From Pirellulales bacterium (GTDB lineage: Bacteria > Planctomycetota > Planctomycetia > Pirellulales > UBA1268): a DNA stretch of 44,412 nt. The notes beneath the pieces are model-generated. The model ran no database searches. It was not told the DNA's origin and saw only the letters and a list, made by a program, of their open reading frames with translations. Location: NCBI GenBank assembly GCA_040260935.1, contig JBDQOY010000337.1:1-44412 (forward strand), in the 5' to 3' direction. Positions within the stretch are counted from its first letter, which is position 1, and each line of letters begins with the position of its first letter. Both the position numbers and the translations under genes were made by a program. Shown here piece after piece: positions 26,039-34,014 of the stretch.

Positions 26039-27001
26039 CTAGGGACCCCGCCGCTGTTCGTGGAAGGCGAGGATTTTTTCCCAGGCTTCCAGGGGCGTCT
26101 CGGCATAGTCGAATAAATCGAGATGCTCCTCGGCAATCACGCCGGAGTCAGCCAGAAACTGGAAGTCGACCACATGCGACCAGTAGTCGCGGCCAAACAG
26201 GATGATCGGAATCGGCTGCATGCGGTGGGTCTGTCGCAGAGTGAGCGTCTCGAACATTTCGTCGAGCGTCCCGAAGCCGCCGGGAAAGAGCACTGCTCCA
26301 ACCGACCGCAGAATGAAGTGGAACTTCCGCATTGCAAAATATTTAAACTGAAAGCAGAGTTCCGGCGTGATGAACGGATTGGGCTGCTGCTCGGCGGGCA
26401 GTTTGATGTTGAGGCCAATTGACTTGCAGCCAACATCAAAGGCACCCCGGTTGGCTGCCTCCATGATGCCCGGGCCGCCGCCGGTCACCACCACGTAGGC
26501 CCGCTCTTCGTCGCACTGGTTGTCGATCGAGACCAGTCGGGCAAATTCCCGGGCATCGTCATAGAAGTGCGACAGGCCGACCAGCCGCTCGCCTCGCTCG
26601 ACCGCCCGGGCCAGACTTGGGTTGGTCGGATCAGCAGCCGCATTGCGGCGGGCCTCCGACAGCCGTCGTTCTGCAGCGTTCCGCTCAACGATCTGAGTGC
26701 CACCAAAGACGATGATCGTCGAGGTGATGTTGTCGGCCTGAAAGGCGAGATCGGCCTTGCCGAGTTCCAAAAGCATCCGCACGCCCCGCATTTCGGTCCG
26801 CTCCAGCAGCGACCGGTCATGCTGGGGCAAGCTGTAACTGGGGGACCGGAGGATCTCGTCCATGTTCTCGGCCACCAAGGCGACGTCGTTGCCGAGGATG
26901 GTGTCAGGGAGAATCGGGCAACTGCGGCCCTGAGCCTCTCCCCAGGGGGTGCCGTTGGCCGGTTGCGGGGAATCGCTCGTCGTATCTGGTTTTTTGGGCA
27001 T
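26039..27001 (-). CDS. LOG-family (TIGR00730) nucleotide phosphoribohydrolase
   Basis: VVTGGGPGIMEAANRGA, SIGLNI-LP-EQ-PN, YFAMRK, and the LOG signature PGGFGTLDE (PGGxGTxxE). ATG at 27001, 4 bp after the beta-CASP gene stop. Confidence 0.92.
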   Translation of the reverse strand: MPKKPDTTSDSPQPANGTPWGEAQGRSCPILPDTILGNDVALVAENMDEILRSPSYSLPQHDRSLLERTEMRGVRMLLELGKADLAFQADNITSTIIVFGGTQIVERNAAERRLSEARRNAAADPTNPSLARAVERGERLVGLSHFYDDAREFARLVSIDNQCDEERAYVVVTGGGPGIMEAANRGAFDVGCKSIGLNIKLPAEQQPNPFITPELCFQFKYFAMRKFHFILRSVGAVLFPGGFGTLDEMFETLTLRQTHRMQPIPIILFGRDYWSHVVDFQFLADSGVIAEEHLDLFDYAETPLEAWEKILAFHEQRRGP

Positions 27002-27005
27002 CGAG

Positions 27006-28391
27006 TCACTCCAAGACAATCCGCTCACCGAGAGCCGGGCACTGCGTCGTCCATTGAAACATCTGGTGGAGGTGTTCGGCCATGCCGTGGGCCGCGACTG
27101 GTTCACCATGCACCAAAAAGGTTCGCTTGGGGGCCGCCATGGGGGCAAGCCAACGGGCGATCTCACGGCGGTCAGCATGGCCGGAAAAGGCATCGATCTG
27201 CCGGACGGCAGCCGCCACCGGGATGTCACGCCCATGGATCCGCAGATACTTGGCACCCTCTTGGAGGTTGCGGCCCCGGGTGCCCTTGGCCTGAAAGCCT
27301 GCCAGCAGCACGGTGGTCTCCGTCAGGGGCAGCCGGCGTTTCAGGTGATGGAGGATGCGGCCGCCATTCATCATGCCACTGGCCGCGATGATGACGCCCG
27401 GACCATCGTAGGCATTGATCGCCTTCGACTCGGCCGCCGACCGCGAGAGATGGACATCACCTGGTGACAGGCTGGCCACGACGCCGGCCTCTTTGGCTTC
27501 GGCAAAGTCGTGCTCCCCGGCATGCTGGCGGAAGACTTCGGTGGCGGCCACGGCCATTGGTGAATCAACCCAGATCGGCAGAGGGGGAATCTTTCCGCTG
27601 CCCATCAGGGTCCGCAACAGATAGACCAGCTGCTGGGCCCGTCCCACCGCGAACGAGGCGACCAGGAGCATGCCACGACGCGCCACGGCTTCGTTGACCA
27701 CGGTGGCAAGTTCTTCAAGGGGGTTGTCCTGCCGGTGGTCACGATCGCCATAGGTGCTTTCACAGATCAGATAGTCACAGTCGGGCGGCGGTGCGGGGTC
27801 ATGGTACAGGGGTGCGTCGAAGCGACCGACGTCACCCGAAAAGATCAGTCTGACCGTTGGCTCGCCGGCTTCTATTTCGAGGAAACAACTCCCGAGCATG
27901 TGACCAGCATCATGGCCCCGGCACCGCAGGCCGGCGGCGGGGCTGAACCAGATTTCCCGTTCGATGAGCGTGAGCTGCCGCAGGGTCTGGCTGACATCGT
28001 GTTCGTCATACAGCGGTCGGGCGGGGCGATGCCGCGAGTAGCCCTTCTTGTTGGCGTAGGCGGCATCCTCGGCCTGGCACTTGGCCGAGTCATAGAGCAG
28101 CAAACTGAGCAGGTCAGCCGTTGGTGCGGTGGCGTAGATGGGGCCGGAGAACCCGCGGTGGACCAGTCGGGGGAGATAGCCCGAGTGATCGAGGTGGGCA
28201 TGCGTCAGGACGACCGCGTCGATCGAGGCAGGGGGCACCGGGAAGTCATCCCAGTTTTTCAGCCGGAGCCGCTTCTCGCCTTGGAACAGCCCACAGTCGA
28301 CAAGCAGCCGACTGTGACCGACCTCGAGCAGATGCCGCGACCCCGAGACGGTGCCGGCGGCCCCGAAGAACTGCAACACGGGTGGGCTCAT
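27006..28391 (-). CDS. Metallo-beta-lactamase/beta-CASP RNA-processing nuclease (TTHA0252/YSH1-like)
   Basis: GAAGTVSGS, DCGLFQG, THAHLDHSG (HxHxDH), AGHMLGS, FSGD, ESTYG, ASGM, FSGHAD, LVHGE. Confidence 0.94.
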   Translation of the reverse strand: MSPPVLQFFGAAGTVSGSRHLLEVGHSRLLVDCGLFQGEKRLRLKNWDDFPVPPASIDAVVLTHAHLDHSGYLPRLVHRGFSGPIYATAPTADLLSLLLYDSAKCQAEDAAYANKKGYSRHRPARPLYDEHDVSQTLRQLTLIEREIWFSPAAGLRCRGHDAGHMLGSCFLEIEAGEPTVRLIFSGDVGRFDAPLYHDPAPPPDCDYLICESTYGDRDHRQDNPLEELATVVNEAVARRGMLLVASFAVGRAQQLVYLLRTLMGSGKIPPLPIWVDSPMAVAATEVFRQHAGEHDFAEAKEAGVVASLSPGDVHLSRSAAESKAINAYDGPGVIIAASGMMNGGRILHHLKRRLPLTETTVLLAGFQAKGTRGRNLQEGAKYLRIHGRDIPVAAAVRQIDAFSGHADRREIARWLAPMAAPKRTFLVHGEPVAAHGMAEHLHQMFQWTTQCPALGERIVLE

Positions 28392-29203
28392 GGGCTGGCC
28401 CGCTCAGCGTGACGGGACCGTTCCAGCGATCGGCTGGTTCCGGCCAGCGTGAGAGACCCGCGGTCGATCCGCAGCGAGTCCACTTCCCAGCGGCGGCTCG
28501 GCTGGCGTGGCCCGGCGGTCGGGGCCACCGGCCGTTCAGTGAGCCGGTCGGGGACGACCGCCAGCAGCACACTGCGGTCACGGAACCGTTGCATCTGGGT
28601 ATCGAGCCCCGCTTTCATGAGGCGGCGACCGCATTCCTTCAGGACGGCATCCCGCGGCAGCGGCAGGCTGCCGAGGCCGGCCCGACGGATCGACACCACG
28701 AAGTGGTTGGCCGATCGCATGGTCACTTCAACGTCCGCCCAGGCAACTGCGGTGATGCCCCAGGTGCTAACCTCGATGCCGATGCGGGCCAGTTTTGGTT
28801 CGAGCCGGACTCGTGGCTGGGAGAGTCGTCCCCAGGCGGAACCATTCAAGAGGTCAGGATGATTGCGGGGCAGATCGGTACCCAGCCAGGCATTGATATC
28901 TCGTTCCTGCATATCGACCCCCCATGATCCTTCTTGGCGACTGGCGGTCGCGATCGCCGCCAGGCTCGTCACGAATCGTCCGGCAGCCCCTGCCGCCTCG
29001 GGCCCGGTGACTGCTGCGGCCCGATAAAACGCCGGTGGTGTTGTGATCACCAGCCAGGCCAGTCCGAGCCCGACGGCCGGGCTGGTCACCACCAGCCACC
29101 ACCAGCGCGTCCGTTGTGCTGGTCGAACGGGCCCGGCCCGCCCGTTCGACCCTGCCGCTTCCGCATTGTCCATGCCTGCCACGTGTTTCTGCCCACTGCT
29201 CAC
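28388..29203 (-). CDS. Hypothetical membrane-anchored protein
   Basis: One N-terminal hydrophobic segment (WWWLVVTSPAVGLGLAWLVI), then a beta-rich region (INAWL, AGLGSLPLP). Fits exactly between csrA and the nuclease (8-bp gap; ATGA overlap). Start is GTG 29203 or ATG 29173. Confidence 0.8.
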   Translation of the reverse strand: MSSGQKHVAGMDNAEAAGSNGRAGPVRPAQRTRWWWLVVTSPAVGLGLAWLVITTPPAFYRAAAVTGPEAAGAAGRFVTSLAAIATASRQEGSWGVDMQERDINAWLGTDLPRNHPDLLNGSAWGRLSQPRVRLEPKLARIGIEVSTWGITAVAWADVEVTMRSANHFVVSIRRAGLGSLPLPRDAVLKECGRRLMKAGLDTQMQRFRDRSVLLAVVPDRLTERPVAPTAGPRQPSRRWEVDSLRIDRGSLTLAGTSRSLERSRHAERASP

Positions 29204-29211
29204 AGGGCCGG

Positions 29212-29427
29212 TTATCCGGCGAGCGTGCAGAACCGTGTGATCGGCAGCTCCCCGGAATCCTCGAGGATGACATCACCCGTCGCTTCCAATTCGTCCCGCA
29301 GGACCCGCATGTCTGTTGGTGCCTCAATGCCGATTCGCACCTTGTCACCGTTGACCCGCACCACCGTTACGACCACCGATTCCCCAACGCGAATTCGCTC
29401 GTTCTGCTTCCGGGACAACACCAGCAT
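29212..29427 (-). CDS. csrA: Carbon storage regulator CsrA/RsmA
   Basis: MLVLSRKQNERIRVG...VRIGIEAP..MRVLRDEL, the CsrA signature. SD GGAGG upstream. Confidence 0.93.
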   Translation of the reverse strand: MLVLSRKQNERIRVGESVVVTVVRVNGDKVRIGIEAPTDMRVLRDELEATGDVILEDSGELPITRFCTLAG

Positions 29428-29629
29428 GAAAGCCTCCGTTCCTCGTGAGATGCATGTTTGAGATGAATAGAGCCAAGAACTGTACAGGCGTCAAGTAACT
29501 ACTTGCGGGTGGACGGCACCGCGACTGGGTTACCTGAAGGCCTGGGCAAGATGGGAGCCACAGGGAATATCGTCCGAACGGCAAAGGTTTCTTGGCCGTG
29601 ACGATTTCGCATGCAATGGTGCCGATCGT

Positions 29630-29656
29630 GCCGGCTGCAGCAGGCGCCGGTTTTTT
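29630..29656 (+). terminator. Intrinsic-terminator-like hairpin with T6 tail on the plus strand (no plus-strand CDS upstream)
   Basis: GCCGGC-TGCAGCAGGC-GCCGG followed by TTTTTT. Confidence 0.45.
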
Positions 29657-29740
29657 GTTCGCCAGCACGCTGCGTTCAGTGGACCGGCACGCGGCTCTCG
29701 TGCGCGAGGCGTCCACTCCCCGGCTGCATGCCGCAGTCGG

Positions 29741-30595
29741 TCAGGGCTCGACGGCGGTGGTGTAGGCCGCGAGGCTGATGTCTTCAGCGGCTGCCATGCA
29801 GGCTTCCGCATCAGCAATTCGCCGGAGGTCATCCGAGCGAAGCGCCGGATGAATGCGATGGCGTGAGCGAAGCGTGCGCTGCAAGACACCGCCCAGGCCG
29901 GCGGCCGCCAGGCCACCGCGGGGTTCGGTCTCAAGCGTCACAGCGGTGGGCAGCGCCCGCGCACTGGCAATCGCCCGATTCATTTCCAGGCGTGGAAACG
30001 GGGGGACCCCACCAGGATGCAACAACGCCCGCAGCAAAATGGCGGTGTCGGCAAAGCGTCGGTAGCGAGTGGCCATGTCAGGGGACGGCGCGGCAGTGGT
30101 TTCGATCTGATAGCGCACCCGCGGACCGATCAGTTCAAAGGTGCCAGCGTCTTCATGGACTCCTTCGCCGAAGGCGGGGCCTCCTGCCCAACAGATCAGC
30201 GTATCGTCAGACTGGCGGGCCCAACTGGTCAGGGACACGCTGAGGCGTTCCAACTGAATGGTATCAACCGAGGTTCGCACATTGCGGTGGGGATCGATCA
30301 GCACGACCCGCTCGCGGATCGGGTCATGGAGAATGATCTCACCACTGAAGCCACTGCTGGTGGCGGCAGCCTCGGCCATTTGCTCGCGGGAAATATCGAG
30401 AAAGTCCCAGGCCACGTCTCCGGCAAAGAGGGTCAGGCTGTGGGCCAGGGGCGCTGCGTCGTCATCGTCGAAGACCTCGGTCTCGATCCGTAGGGCGGCA
30501 TCGTCCGCAGCGGTGACCGGCCCGGCCGTCAGCAGGCCAACCGCGAGCACGGCACACGGCAGCGTTAGCCAGCGAGCGAGTGGATGGAGCACCAT
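29741..30595 (-). CDS. Hypothetical secreted protein
   Basis: Signal peptide MVLHPLARWLTLPCAVLAVGLLTAGPVTA-A, then a globular sequence. No family recognised. Confidence 0.75.
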   Translation of the reverse strand: MVLHPLARWLTLPCAVLAVGLLTAGPVTAADDAALRIETEVFDDDDAAPLAHSLTLFAGDVAWDFLDISREQMAEAAATSSGFSGEIILHDPIRERVVLIDPHRNVRTSVDTIQLERLSVSLTSWARQSDDTLICWAGGPAFGEGVHEDAGTFELIGPRVRYQIETTAAPSPDMATRYRRFADTAILLRALLHPGGVPPFPRLEMNRAIASARALPTAVTLETEPRGGLAAAGLGGVLQRTLRSRHRIHPALRSDDLRRIADAEACMAAAEDISLAAYTTAVEP

Positions 30596-30768
30596 GGCAG
30601 TGGCCGGGCGAAAAGGGACGGGTCTACACATGCAGGATGCGGTGTGTACCAAACGGCTGCGGCAGTTCCCTAGGGCGATTCCGGGCAGCGGTAGGCGGCG
30701 GTGATTTTTTCGGGTGGGTGGGTAAGAATGGGCCTGCACGTCCTTTGCCCCCTTCACCTAAAGCCTCC

Positions 30769-32790
30769 ATGTTTCTTGCCGACCTTCTCGTCGTGTTTGC
30801 GGTGACGGCGGTGGTGGTCTTCCTGTTTGGCCGGGCCCAGATCCCGAGTGTGATCGGCCTGCTCGTCTCGGGGGTCATTGTCGGGCCCTACGGGCTGTCG
30901 CTGGTCGATGACCTTGAGAGTGTTGAACTGCTGGCCGAGATCGGTGTGGTGGTCCTGTTGTTTTCGGTGGGGCTTGAGTTTTCGATGTCCCGGCTGCAGA
31001 GCATGCTGCCGTTGATGCTGAAAATCGGGCTGCCGCAGATTGCCGGGACGACGCTGCTCGCTGCAGCGAGCACCTGGTGGTATTTCGGCACCCTGCCCCA
31101 GGCAGTCTTTGCTGGGCTGCTCGTGGCGATGTCGAGCACGGCGATCGTGCTGAAACTGCTCGCTGACCGCAGCGAGACCGGCACCCCGCCGGGCCGGGTG
31201 GCGATTGCGGTGCTCCTGCTGCAAGACCTCTTGGTGGTGGTGGCGATGCTGGCGGTGCCCCTGCTGGCCGCGGCCGCTGGTGTCGCGGCGGATGCCCAGC
31301 CCACTCGGTCTCATGCCGCTGGTCATGCTGAGCCACTTTTCACCAACCCGTTGCTGGCGGTGGTGGCGGGTCTGGCAGTCGTGGCGGCCGTTCTGGTCGC
31401 AGGTCGCCGGGTCATACCGCGGGTGCTCCATGCCGTGGTGCGGCTGCGGAATCGGGAGCTCTTTCTGATCACCCTGGTGCTGATTTGTCTGGGGACGGCT
31501 GCCATCACGGCCAAGGTTGGCCTCTCGTTGGCCTTGGGGGCGTTCTTGGCAGGGCTTGCCCTCTCGGAGAGTGAGTATGGCCATCAAGCCTTCGTCGAGG
31601 TGCTGCCCTTCCGGGATACGCTGGCCAGCCTGTTCTTCGTGTCGGTGGGCATGCTGCTTGATATCGCGTTTGTGGTCGGCCACCTGGGCTTGGTCGGCCT
31701 CATCGTGGTGGCCATCCTGGTGAGCAAATTGCTTGCGACCACCATTCCAGCATTGGTCGCCGGCTTTCCGTTGCGGACGGCGATTCTGGCGGGTGGCACC
31801 ATTGCGCAGGTGGGAGAGTTTTCGTTCGTGCTGGGTTCCCGGGGTGCTGAAGTTGGGCTGCTGACCGCGGAGGACTATCAAGCGTTCCTTGCCGTGGCGG
31901 TGATGAGGATGGCCGCCACGCCGGTCGTCACCAGCCTGCTGGCAGCGCTCTGTGGCCGGTTGGCGCACAGCCAGCGGTTGGGCCGGCTGTTTCAAGAGCC
32001 ACCGCCCGCGGCAGGGGCCCAGTTGCACGATCATGTCGTGATCGCTGGCTTTGGCATCAATGGCCGCAACCTCGCGACGGCCCTCAATGAATTTGGCGTG
32101 CCGCACGTGATTCTCGAACTCAACCCCGAGACGGTTCGCCGTGAGCGGGCCACCGGTCTTGATATTCGCTACGGCGACTGCACGCGGGCGGCGATTCTCG
32201 AGCATGCCGGCATTGAGCGAGCGCGGGCGTATGTGGTCGCCATTTCCGATCCGGCCAGCGCCCGGCGAAGCGTGCGGGTGGCCCGCGACCTCGCCCCGGA
32301 TGCCCAGATTCTGGTGCGAACCGAATACCTTGCTGAGGTGGATGAACTGCGGCTGCTCGGGGCCGATGTGGTCGTGCCGGCTGAATTCGAGACCGCCCTC
32401 TCGATTTTCGAGCGGGTGCTGGGCATCTACGATGTGCCGGAGGAGACGATCGACGATCTTGTCGATGACCTGCGGCTCGAGAATTACGGGTTTCTGCGGG
32501 GCAGCGGTCGGCGGGTTGCCCTGCGGCCTGATGGAACCCCTGATCTGCTGGATCAGATTGGCAGTTGTCGGATTCCAGCCGGCGGCGTGGTTGAGGGCCA
32601 CTCCATCGGGGCCCTCGGCATCCGGGCAGCCACCGGCGTGACGATCATCGCCGTCCGCCGGAACGGTCAACTGATGCGCAATCCGGGGCCCGACGTTGTT
32701 CTGCAGGCTGGCGATGAACTCTCGTTTGTGGGCAGCCGTGAGGAACGGGCGGCGGCAACAGCGTTGTTGGTCGTCACGCTGAATGCCTGA
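30769..32790 (+). CDS. CPA2 monovalent cation:proton antiporter (KefB/YbaL-like) with TrkA_N and TrkA_C domains
   Basis: About 13 TM segments, LAEIGVVVLLFSVGLE, SSTAIVLK, LLQD, LGAFLAG, FFVSVGM, QVGEFSFVL; KTN motif HVVIAGFG; C-terminal TrkA_C (GVTIIAVRR). Confidence 0.93.
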   Translation: MFLADLLVVFAVTAVVVFLFGRAQIPSVIGLLVSGVIVGPYGLSLVDDLESVELLAEIGVVVLLFSVGLEFSMSRLQSMLPLMLKIGLPQIAGTTLLAAASTWWYFGTLPQAVFAGLLVAMSSTAIVLKLLADRSETGTPPGRVAIAVLLLQDLLVVVAMLAVPLLAAAAGVAADAQPTRSHAAGHAEPLFTNPLLAVVAGLAVVAAVLVAGRRVIPRVLHAVVRLRNRELFLITLVLICLGTAAITAKVGLSLALGAFLAGLALSESEYGHQAFVEVLPFRDTLASLFFVSVGMLLDIAFVVGHLGLVGLIVVAILVSKLLATTIPALVAGFPLRTAILAGGTIAQVGEFSFVLGSRGAEVGLLTAEDYQAFLAVAVMRMAATPVVTSLLAALCGRLAHSQRLGRLFQEPPPAAGAQLHDHVVIAGFGINGRNLATALNEFGVPHVILELNPETVRRERATGLDIRYGDCTRAAILEHAGIERARAYVVAISDPASARRSVRVARDLAPDAQILVRTEYLAEVDELRLLGADVVVPAEFETALSIFERVLGIYDVPEETIDDLVDDLRLENYGFLRGSGRRVALRPDGTPDLLDQIGSCRIPAGGVVEGHSIGALGIRAATGVTIIAVRRNGQLMRNPGPDVVLQAGDELSFVGSREERAAATALLVVTLNA

Positions 32791-32829
32791 ATGTCAGCAG
32801 CGTGGCGGCCGGGTGCGTTGCGTGGTCGC

Positions 32830-33759
32830 TTAGTCGGCCGGCTGGAAGAACCCCTGCAGTGTCAGCCAGTCGCGGAGGCGATCGGGCCAGGTGGCGACGC
32901 CGGGATATTTTGTCGCCAGCCCGATGCCGTGCCGGCCCGGCTGATAGACATGCAGTTCCGCCGGGACCCCAGCCCGTCGGCAGGCGAGGTAGAAGCCGAC
33001 GGCATTTTCTGCTGGCACGCCGCTGTCTTCATCGGTCTGGAAGAGAAAGGTCGGTGGGGTGTCCTTCGTCACGCGGCGGTCGGTACTGAGTCGGTCGGCG
33101 AGGGCGTCACTGTCATGTGGCCCGAGGAGGTTTTTGCGGGAGCCCCGATGGGCGTGTGGAGCATTCATCGCGATCACCGGATAGCAGAGCACCGCCAGGT
33201 CGGGCCGGGCACTGACCGTATCAACAGCGTCGGCCCGCATGCCCGGCAGGGTCGGCTGTTCACCAAACAGGGTTGCTGCCATCGAGGCAAGGTGGCCCCC
33301 GGCTGAGAAGCCCATCACGCCAATCCGGTGCGGATCGATGGCGAACTGCTTGGCCTTCGATCGCACCAGCCGAATCGCCCGCTGCACATCGATCAGCTGG
33401 GTTGGGTAGTGATGCCCCTGCCGGCCCAGCCGGTAATGCAGGACGAAGGCAGTGGTGCCGTTGGCGGTGCACCAGGCGGCGACGTCGGCTCCTTCATGGC
33501 CGACGGCCAGCCCGCCGTAGCCGCCCCCGGGGCAGATCACCATGGCTGAACCGTTGGCCGTGTCCGCGACTGGCAGGAAGATGTCCAGGAAGGGCTGCGG
33601 CTCAGCCGGTGCCTCGGCTGCCTTGGGGGCCGCAGTGTCCCAGAGGGTGAGCTGTTGCGGCTCGGCGGAGGCTGCGGCGAGCACACCACTGACAAGGCTG
33701 GCCGCGAGGCTGAGCACAACTGGGAAGCTAGGGAACATGAGAGAGCGTGGGGAAGTCAT
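32830..33759 (-). CDS. Secreted alpha/beta hydrolase (carbohydrate-esterase-like)
   Basis: Signal peptide, CPGGGY, nucleophile GFSAGG, TPPTFL...D and GRHG (Ser-Asp-His triad). Confidence 0.9.
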   Translation of the reverse strand: MTSPRSLMFPSFPVVLSLAASLVSGVLAAASAEPQQLTLWDTAAPKAAEAPAEPQPFLDIFLPVADTANGSAMVICPGGGYGGLAVGHEGADVAAWCTANGTTAFVLHYRLGRQGHHYPTQLIDVQRAIRLVRSKAKQFAIDPHRIGVMGFSAGGHLASMAATLFGEQPTLPGMRADAVDTVSARPDLAVLCYPVIAMNAPHAHRGSRKNLLGPHDSDALADRLSTDRRVTKDTPPTFLFQTDEDSGVPAENAVGFYLACRRAGVPAELHVYQPGRHGIGLATKYPGVATWPDRLRDWLTLQGFFQPAD

Positions 33760-34014
33760 GGCAACGGCTTTCGGGTGGGGATGGGCGGATGGCTGCCGGG
33801 AAGACCTACCAGACCGACGTGAATCGGGGCAAGTCTCGGAGCAGAGGAGAACGAGGCAGCCCCGAAACTGGCCGCATCCGGAAAAAAATCTGTCAGCTGC
33901 AAAATCCTAACAAAGCAAAAAGTCAGTGGAACCGATTTAACCGGTACAGGCGGAGTTAGTGGCCCCTCGCCGCTCTGCCTTGACTCGCACTCTCGCCGAG
34001 CCCTCGAATCAAAC

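Noticed and set aside
29560-29612. c-di-GMP-I riboswitch (GGCAAA seen)
   Set aside because: The rest of the GEMM consensus (GNRA tetraloop/receptor, second GCAAA stem) is not present, and there is no downstream plus-strand gene.
30754-32670. 638-aa antisense ORF (similarly 42153-43649, 10555-11937, 7924-9243, 18495-19751 and many shorter ones)
   Set aside because: Shadow ORFs opposite well-supported genes, as expected in high-GC DNA; no recognisable motifs.
33885-33945. Canonical Pho box upstream of the porin
   Set aside because: CTGTCAG resembles one half-site, but repeats recur at 15/30 bp rather than 11 bp; reported as a different motif instead.
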